From the NCBI GenBank assembly GCA_964427205.1, contig CAYRTE010000022.1, forward strand, positions 1,461-65,460: 64,000 bases of DNA, in the 5' to 3' direction. Numbering within the stretch: position 1 is the first letter of the stretch; every line of letters begins with the position of its first letter. Below the pieces are notes generated by a model that saw nothing but the letters and a program-made list of their open reading frames with translations, was not told the origin of the DNA and did not search any database. Below are positions 31,125 through 38,724 of this stretch, piece after piece. The position numbers and the translations under genes are program-made. This DNA comes from an uncultured Caulobacter sp. (GTDB lineage Bacteria; Pseudomonadota; Alphaproteobacteria; Caulobacterales; Caulobacteraceae).

Positions 31125-31228
31125 GGAGCGGCGGCTATATCAGCGCGTCCGCGCCTTAACCAGACTGCAAAACAACTGATGCATGCTGAAAGCTCGGAAG
31201 GGCGCGCCCGCGTCGGAAAGACGTCAGC

Positions 31229-32143
31229 ATGGTTGTGGATACGGATCTTTGGCGCGGCCTGCGAAGCGCCTGTCTGGTGGCCATGGCGGCCGCGAGCCTG
31301 GCCGCCTGTTCCACGCCCAAGCCGCGCCTGGACACGAGGGTAGACAGCGGCCGGCACGTTTCCTCCTCGCCGCGCGGACCCATGGTCTCGCCATCCGGAA
31401 AGCCTTTAAGGGGAACCGAAAAGCCGTACCAGATCAAAGGTATTTGGTATTATCCTCAGGCCGATCCGGACTATGATGTCAAGGGTATCGGCTCTTGGTA
31501 CGGCGAGCAGTTTCATAACCGACGCACGGCCAATGGCGAGATTTTCGACATGGACGTCGTCTCGGCGGCGCACAAGACCTTGCCGCTGCCCAGCCTGGTC
31601 GAGGTGACCAATCTCGACAACGGCCGCCGGATGGTGGTGCGCGTCAATGATCGCGGCCCATTCGTGGGCGATCGCGTTATCGACCTCTCGCGCGCCGCCG
31701 CCGATCAGCTTGGCTATCGTCGCCAGGGCGTGGCGCGGGTGCGGGTGCGCTATGTAGGCCCTGCGCCGAAATCGTCATTCGATGCGCGTCAATATGCCCA
31801 GTCGCCTGCTTTGCCGCCGCCCGCGCCGCGCCGTGAGCCGCCGAGGCAAGACGCCGAGCCGGTCTGGCCGGCTGAACCGCCGCCGGTTCGCACCCAGATC
31901 ATTCCCGCTCGCGAGACCGCCTTTAAAGTCCAGGCCGGGGCGTTCTCTAGTCGCGAGAACGCCGAACGCGCCGTGGCCCAACTCAAGACCGCGGGATGGG
32001 CGACGATCGAACCGCTTGAGCGCGCCAGTGGCACGCTCTATCGCGTCACCGTTTCGGCGGGCGAGGATGAAGGTCAGGCCTGGTCTCTCCGCGATCGGGT
32101 CGCGGCGCTGGGCTATTCCGGGGCCACCGTCCTGCGTCCCTGA
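31229..32143 (+). CDS. rlpA: Septal ring lytic transglycosylase RlpA family lipoprotein with C-terminal SPOR domain
   Basis: Lipobox LAAC; DPBB domain (YGEQFHNRRTANGEIFDM...VRVNDRGPF); Pro-rich linker; SPOR-like end (FKVQAGAFSSRENAERAVAQLK...). Confidence 0.85.
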   Translation: MVVDTDLWRGLRSACLVAMAAASLAACSTPKPRLDTRVDSGRHVSSSPRGPMVSPSGKPLRGTEKPYQIKGIWYYPQADPDYDVKGIGSWYGEQFHNRRTANGEIFDMDVVSAAHKTLPLPSLVEVTNLDNGRRMVVRVNDRGPFVGDRVIDLSRAAADQLGYRRQGVARVRVRYVGPAPKSSFDARQYAQSPALPPPAPRREPPRQDAEPVWPAEPPPVRTQIIPARETAFKVQAGAFSSRENAERAVAQLKTAGWATIEPLERASGTLYRVTVSAGEDEGQAWSLRDRVAALGYSGATVLRP

Positions 32144-32197
32144 TCGCGCATCGCGAGGCCTCTGGACAATCGGCGCGATCCGGCCGAATTGAAACCG

Positions 32198-32824
32198 ATG
32201 ACGCGCGGATCATTCATCAGTTTCGAGGGCGGGGAGGGGGCTGGAAAGTCGACCCAGATCCGCCACCTGGCCGACCGTCTTTCAGCAGCCGGGTTTGATA
32301 TCGTGCTAACCCGTGAACCGGGCGGGAGCCCTGGCGCCGAGACGATCCGGGAACTGCTGGTGAACGGCGACGCCGACCGCTGGTCGCCCGTGACGGAAAC
32401 CCTTCTGATGTACGCCGCCCGTCGGGATCATCTGGAGCGGGTGATCCGCCCGGCCCTGGATCGCGGGGCGATGGTGCTTTGCGACCGCTTCGCCGACTCG
32501 ACCCGCGCCTATCAAGGCGCTGGCGGAGATGCGCCAGCATCGCTGATCGCCGCGCTTGAGGATCATGTCCTGGCTGGTTCGATTCCCGATCTGACATTGA
32601 TCTTTGATATTCCCGCCACGGTTGGTCTGGATCGCGCGGCGTCCCGCGGCGGCGCGGCGCGGTTCGAGTCCAAGGGGTTGGATTTCCATGAGCGCCTGCG
32701 GGCGGGATTTCTGGCGATCGCCCAGAAGGAGCCGGAGCGTTGCGCCGTGATCGACGCCAACGCGGCGCCCGACCTAGTGTTCGAATCGGTTTGGGAGGTC
32801 GTTTCGACCCGGCTGGACCTCTGA
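32198..32824 (+). CDS. tmk: Thymidylate kinase
   Basis: P-loop FISFEGGEGAGKST and DRF/ADS motifs. ATG 32198 (the ORF opens at TTG 32189). Confidence 0.9.
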   Translation: MTRGSFISFEGGEGAGKSTQIRHLADRLSAAGFDIVLTREPGGSPGAETIRELLVNGDADRWSPVTETLLMYAARRDHLERVIRPALDRGAMVLCDRFADSTRAYQGAGGDAPASLIAALEDHVLAGSIPDLTLIFDIPATVGLDRAASRGGAARFESKGLDFHERLRAGFLAIAQKEPERCAVIDANAAPDLVFESVWEVVSTRLDL

Positions 32825-32825
32825 C

Positions 32826-33830
32826 GTGGATGCGCCGCCGCATCCTCGCGACGTGTACGGGCTGGACGGCCTCAGCGCCGCCGAAGCCTCTTTCCTCGAC
32901 GCCCTGGCGCGGGGCCGTCTGCATCACGCCTGGCTGCTGGTTGGTCCCGAGGGTGTTGGCAAGGCGACCCTGGCCTATCGTATGGCCCGGCGCCTGCTGG
33001 GGGCGCGGCCCGATCCTTCGCATGGCCTGCTCGGCGCGGCCCCCTCTGATGTCGTCAGTCGGCAGGTCGCCGCCCGTTCTCACCCCGATCTCATGGTGCT
33101 GGAGCGCGCGACCGATGACGGCAAGGCGCGCAAGTCCATTCCGGTCGACGAGGCGCGGCGCCTACCCGAGTTCTTCGCCAATTCTCCGGCCATCTCGCCG
33201 TACCGCGTGGCGATCATCGACGCGGCCGACGATCTGAACGTCAACGCCGCCAATGCGGTGCTCAAGACGCTTGAGGAGCCGCCTGCGCGGGGCGTGATCC
33301 TGTTGATCAGCCACGCGCCTGGAAAGCTGCTGCCGACGATTCGCTCGCGCTGCCGTCGGCTCGTCGTGCCGGCGCCGGGGGTCGAGGCTGCGACGAGCAT
33401 GGTGGAGCAAAGGGCGGGACTGGCCCATCGCGACGCAGAACGCCTGGCCCGTATGGCGCATGGCGCGCCGGGCAGGGCGCTGCAACTGGCCTCCTCCGGC
33501 GCGCTGGCCATGGACGACGCCGCGAGCGAAATCCTGCGGGGCCTACCCGCCATCGATGAAGGCGCCTTGCTGGCCATGGCCGACACCTTCCGCGGGGGCG
33601 AGGGCGCGGCGCGCTTCGAGTTGCTGTTCGAGCGCCTGGCCGATCAGGTTCACGCCATGACCACGCGCCTGGCGAAGACCGGATCCTCGCCCGCACTGGA
33701 TCGCTGGGCTTCTGTCTGGGAGCGCCTGTCGCGCTGGCCTGGGGAAGCCGAGGCGATCAACCTGGATCGCGCCGATGTTTTCTGGAGCGCCATCTCGGAC
33801 TTGCGCGCGGCGGCCAGGACGGCGATGTGA
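32826..33830 (+). CDS. holB: DNA polymerase III delta-prime subunit
   Basis: AAA+ clamp-loader pattern HAWLLVGPEGVGKATLA ... NALLKTLEEPP ... TIRSRC. Conserved tmk-holB order. GTG start. Confidence 0.85.
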   Translation: MDAPPHPRDVYGLDGLSAAEASFLDALARGRLHHAWLLVGPEGVGKATLAYRMARRLLGARPDPSHGLLGAAPSDVVSRQVAARSHPDLMVLERATDDGKARKSIPVDEARRLPEFFANSPAISPYRVAIIDAADDLNVNAANAVLKTLEEPPARGVILLISHAPGKLLPTIRSRCRRLVVPAPGVEAATSMVEQRAGLAHRDAERLARMAHGAPGRALQLASSGALAMDDAASEILRGLPAIDEGALLAMADTFRGGEGAARFELLFERLADQVHAMTTRLAKTGSSPALDRWASVWERLSRWPGEAEAINLDRADVFWSAISDLRAAARTAM

Positions 33831-33835
33831 GCCGC

Positions 33836-34615
33836 ATGCTCATAGACAGCCACGTCAATCTCCACGCCCACCAGTATGATGAAGACCGCGACGCGGTGAT
33901 CGCCCGCGCCCGCGAAGCCGGTATCGGCTTGATGGTCACCATCTGCGACAAGGTCTCGTCCTTCGAGGCCGTCCATGCCATCGCGATGGCCGAGCCCGAC
34001 ATCTGGTGCACGGTCGGGACCCATCCGCACGAAGCCAAGGAAAACCCCGACCTCTCTGTCGAGACCCTGGTCTCGTTGGCCAGTCGGCCTCGCGTCATCG
34101 GCATCGGCGAGTGCGGGCTGGACTTTCACTACGACTTTTCACCTCGCGACGTGCAGGCCAAGGTGTTCCGCGTCCACGCCGCCGCCGCCCGCCAGACGGG
34201 CCTGCCGCTGGTGGTGCATACTCGTGAGGCCGACGAAAACATGGCGCAGATCCTCGAAGAGGAACATGCGCGCGGCGCGTTCAAGCTGCTGATGCACTGC
34301 TACACCAGCGGTCCGGAACTGGCGGCCCGCGCCGCGGCTCTGGGCGCCTGGTTCTCGGTCTCCGGCATCGCCACCTTCAAGGCGGCCGAGGAGGTCCGGG
34401 CGATCATTCGCGACATGCCCGCCGACAAGATCATCGTCGAGACCGATTGCCCCTATCTCGCGCCCGTACCGATGCGCGGTCGCCGCAATGAGCCCGCTTA
34501 CCTGCCTCATATCGTTGATAAACTCGGCGATATTCGCGGCTGGACCCGCGCCGACACCGAAGCGCGCACCGAGGATGCCTTTTTCGCTCTGTTCGACAGG
34601 ATTCCGCGACCATGA
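33836..34615 (+). CDS. TatD family metal-dependent hydrolase
   Basis: MLIDSHVNLH N-terminus, ...IGECGLDFHYD..., ...VHTREA..., ...ETDCPYLAP.... Confidence 0.9.
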   Translation: MLIDSHVNLHAHQYDEDRDAVIARAREAGIGLMVTICDKVSSFEAVHAIAMAEPDIWCTVGTHPHEAKENPDLSVETLVSLASRPRVIGIGECGLDFHYDFSPRDVQAKVFRVHAAAARQTGLPLVVHTREADENMAQILEEEHARGAFKLLMHCYTSGPELAARAAALGAWFSVSGIATFKAAEEVRAIIRDMPADKIIVETDCPYLAPVPMRGRRNEPAYLPHIVDKLGDIRGWTRADTEARTEDAFFALFDRIPRP

Positions 34616-35418
34616 GCGGCCCGCTGGAGTTCACGATCCTGGGTTCGGGCTCCTCGGGCGGCGTGCCGCGGGCCGATGGCGACTGGGGCGATTGCGACCC
34701 GTCCGACCCGCGCAATCTGCGGACGCGCTGCTCGCTTCTGGTCCGTCGTAAGGGGGAGGGCGGCCCCCTTTTCGAAACCACCATCGTCGTCGACACCTCG
34801 CCGGATTTTCGACTCCAGGCCGTGGCTGCCGGAGCCCGGCGCATGGACGCGGCGCTCTTTACCCATGATCATGCCGACCAGGCCCACGGGATCGACGATC
34901 TGAGACCATTCTTCCTCAACCAACGCAGGAAGATCCCGACCTATATGGACGAAGCCACGCGCGCCGGGCTGATGCACCGGTTCGACTATGTGTTCGAAAC
35001 GCGCGGCGGCTATCCGGCCATATGCGAGCCTAAACCCTTGCCGCCTCATGGCGAGGCCTGGAGTCTGGACGGGCCTAGCGGTCAGGTTCCGGTCCAGAGC
35101 TTCGATCTGGATCACGGCAATATCCGATCCGTCGGTTTCCGATTCGGTGGCGTGGCCTACACGCCCGACGTGGCGGCCATCCCCGAGGAGAGCTGGCCCG
35201 CGCTGGCCAACCTGGATGTCTGGATCGTCGATGCTCTGCGCTGGACCCCGCATCCGACCCATGCCCACGTGGACCTCGCCCTCGAATGGATTGCCCGCGC
35301 CAAGCCGCGCCGAGCCATTCTGACGAACCTGCATATTGATCTGGATTTCAATCGATTATCGTCGAAACTTCCAGCCGGCGTGGAGCCGGCTTTCGACGGC
35401 CTGCGCGTGGTCATCTAG
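34612..35418 (+). CDS. MBL-fold metallo-hydrolase (PhnP/GPL-like)
   Basis: FTILGSGSSGGVPR N-terminus and FTHDHADQAHG metal motif. ATGA overlap with the tatD-like stop. Confidence 0.75.
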   Translation: MSGPLEFTILGSGSSGGVPRADGDWGDCDPSDPRNLRTRCSLLVRRKGEGGPLFETTIVVDTSPDFRLQAVAAGARRMDAALFTHDHADQAHGIDDLRPFFLNQRRKIPTYMDEATRAGLMHRFDYVFETRGGYPAICEPKPLPPHGEAWSLDGPSGQVPVQSFDLDHGNIRSVGFRFGGVAYTPDVAAIPEESWPALANLDVWIVDALRWTPHPTHAHVDLALEWIARAKPRRAILTNLHIDLDFNRLSSKLPAGVEPAFDGLRVVI

Positions 35419-35539
35419 GAACCCGCGCACTGTCATTTTCGAAAGCCCGCTTCCGGCGCGAGCCGGACGCTTGGCATGCGGTCACCGCTCTTTCTGGCGC
35501 TGCAATGGAAATGTTGCAGTTTTTCGCTAGGGCCAGGCT

Positions 35540-37075
35540 ATGCAAAATCCCGTTCTGCCTTTCCATGCCGATCCGCGCTCCAGGGCCGTCACGGTCTTCC
35601 TTTTTCTTGTCGGTCTGACAGCTGCGTCGCAATCTCCGGCTGACGCCCATCCCGGCCATGCCCTACAGCCCGTCGCGCCCAAGGTGCGCTCACATCGGCC
35701 CGTGGATCCGCGGGAGCGGCGCTGGCTGGCGGGTGACCACCACGTCCACAGCTGGTTCAGCGTAGGGGTCAAGCCCGCAGCCGATCCTTCCCAGCCACCC
35801 GAGCTGATCAAGGCGGGGGACGCCAGCAATCCTATCACGATCAACGCCAGCATGGCGGCCAAGCATGGCCTTTCCTGGATGGTGGCGACCGATCATGGCG
35901 GACCAAACCATTCCAAGCTGAACCGGGACGAGGCCTATCCCGAGTTGCTCCGCGCCCGGCGCGAAACGCCCCAGGTGCTGCAGTTCTGGGGCATGGAGCT
36001 GGATACCCCCGCGGCCGAGCATTCGAGCCTGATCCTTCCCCGGTCCGATCTGGAACGCGATGTGCTGTTTGGCATAGAGAGCCAATACAACCGACGTGAA
36101 CCGTGGCCGGCCGATCCCGCGCGCGATCAGGAGGCCTTCATGCTTGACGCTCTGCGCCACATGCGGGCGCTGCCTCAGCCGCCCGTGGTCATCGCCAACC
36201 ATCCATCCCGCACGGCGACCGAAGTGGGGCGCTACGGCCTCCTGTCACCGTCGGAACTGCGCGCCTGGAACGATACGGCGCCCGAAGTCGCGGTGGGTAT
36301 GGAGGGCGCGCCGGGACACCAGGCCTCAAGTCTGAAGCCGGATGGCTCCGCCAACCCCGAAGGCGATCGAGGCGCCTATTCGCGAGCTCCGACGATGGGG
36401 GGCTTCGACCAGATGACGGCGCGGCTGGGCGGCTTCTGGGACTCCATGCTGGGCGAGGGGCGTCGCTGGTGGATCACCTCCACCTCGGATTCCCACCGAC
36501 ACTATACCGACGGTGGCAGCGACTTCTGGCCCGGTGAATATTCCAAGACCTATGTGAAGGCCGCGCGCACCTATGACGACGTTCTGGACGGCCTGCGCAA
36601 CGGCCGGGTGTTCGTGACCCTGGGCGACCTAGTTTCAGAGGTGGAGGTGACAGCCATGACGGCCGACGGCGCCCAGCGGGCGGACATCGGCGGTCGGCTG
36701 GAGGTCGCGGCGGGCAGCGACGTGACCGTCGTCATTCGCGTTCGCGACCCGGCGGCCAAGAATTTCGGTGGGCATTCGCCCGACGTTTCGCGGATCGACC
36801 TGATCCAAGGCAATATCATGGGGCCGACGGCGGACCGTGAGCTGGATTCAAACCCGACCACACGGGTTGTCCGCAGCTTCAAGCCCGGTGTCTGGGCGCG
36901 AGAGGGCGAGCATCTGTCCATGAGCTATGTGCTCAAGGACGTGCGCGGATCCAGCTATGTTCGCGTGAGGGGCACGAACGGCGCGGAGGTCGAGCCCCAA
37001 CCCGACCCGTTGGGCGAAGATCCCTGGTCCGACCTCTGGTTCTACGCCAACCCCATCTTCATCACCGTGCGGTGA
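35540..37075 (+). CDS. Secreted PHP-superfamily (CehA/McbA-like) metallohydrolase
   Basis: N-terminal hydrophobic signal-like segment. PHP-type metal motifs GDHHVHS, ATDHGG, GMELD, ANHPSR, STSDSHR. Beta-rich C-terminal domain. Confidence 0.6.
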   Translation: MQNPVLPFHADPRSRAVTVFLFLVGLTAASQSPADAHPGHALQPVAPKVRSHRPVDPRERRWLAGDHHVHSWFSVGVKPAADPSQPPELIKAGDASNPITINASMAAKHGLSWMVATDHGGPNHSKLNRDEAYPELLRARRETPQVLQFWGMELDTPAAEHSSLILPRSDLERDVLFGIESQYNRREPWPADPARDQEAFMLDALRHMRALPQPPVVIANHPSRTATEVGRYGLLSPSELRAWNDTAPEVAVGMEGAPGHQASSLKPDGSANPEGDRGAYSRAPTMGGFDQMTARLGGFWDSMLGEGRRWWITSTSDSHRHYTDGGSDFWPGEYSKTYVKAARTYDDVLDGLRNGRVFVTLGDLVSEVEVTAMTADGAQRADIGGRLEVAAGSDVTVVIRVRDPAAKNFGGHSPDVSRIDLIQGNIMGPTADRELDSNPTTRVVRSFKPGVWAREGEHLSMSYVLKDVRGSSYVRVRGTNGAEVEPQPDPLGEDPWSDLWFYANPIFITVR

Positions 37076-37178
37076 GCGGCGCCTGCGGAAGTGTCACAGA
37101 CCGATGCTAAGCGCCGACCATGCTGGCCGCGCTGCAGGTGACTACCGTCGACCAACGACATCGCGATGAGCCGCGTCG

Positions 37179-37685
37179 ATGACTGATCTCGCCAGCGTCC
37201 GCGCCCAGCGCGAGGACCTGTATCATTTCATCGTTCAGCGCACCCGCGACCCCGCCGCCGCCGATGATCTGGTGCAGGAGACCTTCGCGCGCCTGCTGGC
37301 TTACGAGCGCGCGCGCACGGTCGTCGATCGCGCCGCGCTCGGATATCGCATAGCCCTCAATCTGGTGAGGGATCATTTCCGCAGCCGAAAGCGTCGGCCG
37401 GTCGAGATCCTGAACGACGACATTCCCTGCGAAGCCCCCGCACCGGAGCAGATCCTGATGCATCGTCAGAAGGTCGAGGTGTTCGGCAAAGCGCTGGACG
37501 CCATGCCGCCCCTGCGCCGCGATGTCTTCATTCGCCGTCGTCTGCATGGACAGACCTGCCGTCAGATCGCCGCCGATCTCAACATGAACGAGGCCGCCGT
37601 CGAGAAGCATGTCGTGCGTGCGCTGGAGCAGTTGCATCGTGAAGTCTCCAAGGCCGAACGCCGCCGTCCTGGAGCCCGCGCATGA
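37179..37685 (+). CDS. ECF (FecI-type) RNA polymerase sigma factor
   Basis: Region 2 (AAADDLVQETFARLL) and region 4 (RRRLHGQTCRQIAADLNMNEAAVEKHV). Stop overlaps the FecR start (ATGA). Confidence 0.85.
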   Translation: MTDLASVRAQREDLYHFIVQRTRDPAAADDLVQETFARLLAYERARTVVDRAALGYRIALNLVRDHFRSRKRRPVEILNDDIPCEAPAPEQILMHRQKVEVFGKALDAMPPLRRDVFIRRRLHGQTCRQIAADLNMNEAAVEKHVVRALEQLHREVSKAERRRPGARA

Positions 37686-38611
37686 GCCGCCTGACCCAGG
37701 ACGCCGCGCGGTGGGTGGCTCGCCGCCTGGATTCGCCAGATGCCGATGATGGCGCCTTCGAAGCCTGGGCGTCCGCGGACCCGGCTCATGCGACGGCCTA
37801 TCAGCGGCTGTGGAACACGACCCAGGACCCAGCCCTGACAGAGGCGCTTACCCGTGGCGTTGATGTCCGGGCAAGGCAATCACGTCGCGGGGTCACGAGG
37901 GCCTTTGTCGGCGGTTTGAGCCTGGCCGCCTGCGCCGTGGCGGCCGTGCTGATCTGGCCGGAACTGCAACTGTCGATGGTTCGAGCAGCATCGTTCGAGA
38001 CCGCGAGCGGGCAGCACCGAACGATTGCCCTGGCCGACGGAACCCGCGTGACCCTGGATGGCGCCACCCGCCTGGAGGTCCGGTTGGGCGCTCACCGGCG
38101 GCGCGTGAAACTGGTGCGCGGCGAGGCGTTCTTCGATGTCGCTCACGACGCCGCGCGGCCTTTCATTGTCAGCGCCCCGGAAGGCTCGGCTCGGGTGCTG
38201 GGTACGGCATTTGATCTGGAGCGTGGCGGCGACCGCCTGGAACTGTCCGTCCATCGGGGACGGGTCCGGCTGGCGCCGACGGGATTGATCCATCGCTCGG
38301 CGGAGTTGACGGTCGGCCAGAGGGCGTTCGCGATCGATGGACGACTGTCAGCCACCCGGCAGTTCGATCCCGCCGCCGACGATTGGCGCTCGGGATGGCT
38401 GGAAACCGACGGGATCACACTGGAGCGATTGGTCGAGCGGCTCAATCGAGGTTCGGGCAGGCCGATCACGATCGAGGATCAAACCCTGGGCAGGCAGCGC
38501 GTCGCCGGTCGGTTCCGCCTGGATCAGCCGGACGCCCTGGTCCGCAATCTGGCCATGATGCATGGCTTCACAGCGCGCGAGCAGGACGGGCGACTGGTTC
38601 TGGCGCGGTGA
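37682..38611 (+). CDS. FecR family anti-sigma factor / transmembrane sensor
   Basis: N-terminal anti-sigma segment (AARWVARRL...FEAW), a single TM segment (FVGGLSLAACAVAAVLIW), and a periplasmic FecR domain (...VKLVRGEAFFDVAHD...FIV...). Confidence 0.85.
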   Translation: MSRLTQDAARWVARRLDSPDADDGAFEAWASADPAHATAYQRLWNTTQDPALTEALTRGVDVRARQSRRGVTRAFVGGLSLAACAVAAVLIWPELQLSMVRAASFETASGQHRTIALADGTRVTLDGATRLEVRLGAHRRRVKLVRGEAFFDVAHDAARPFIVSAPEGSARVLGTAFDLERGGDRLELSVHRGRVRLAPTGLIHRSAELTVGQRAFAIDGRLSATRQFDPAADDWRSGWLETDGITLERLVERLNRGSGRPITIEDQTLGRQRVAGRFRLDQPDALVRNLAMMHGFTAREQDGRLVLAR

Positions 38612-38724
38612 CCCTGCACCGACGTCGCTGAAACTTCACAAATATCACTGTCCGGAAAACCCGTCCGCCGACGTCTTCCCCGCCGAAGCCGGCGACAACG
38701 CCGCGCGATCTCGGGGATATAGCG

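Noticed and set aside
37076-37178. Fur box or iron regulation signal upstream of the first ECF sigma gene
   Set aside because: I found no AT-rich GATAATGATAATCATTATC-like sequence. Absence cannot be proven by eye, so this is recorded only as not seen.
38630-38655. GAAAC-N16-T(C/T)-rich element upstream of the first TonB transducer gene, with a similar GAAAC-N16 element at 61582-61607 upstream of the second; considered as shared ECF-dependent promoters
   Set aside because: Only the GAAAC pentamer and the AT-rich spacer are shared. The putative -10 parts differ (TCCGG versus TTTTC), and the second element is over 200 nt from its start codon. This is too weak without transcription start data.
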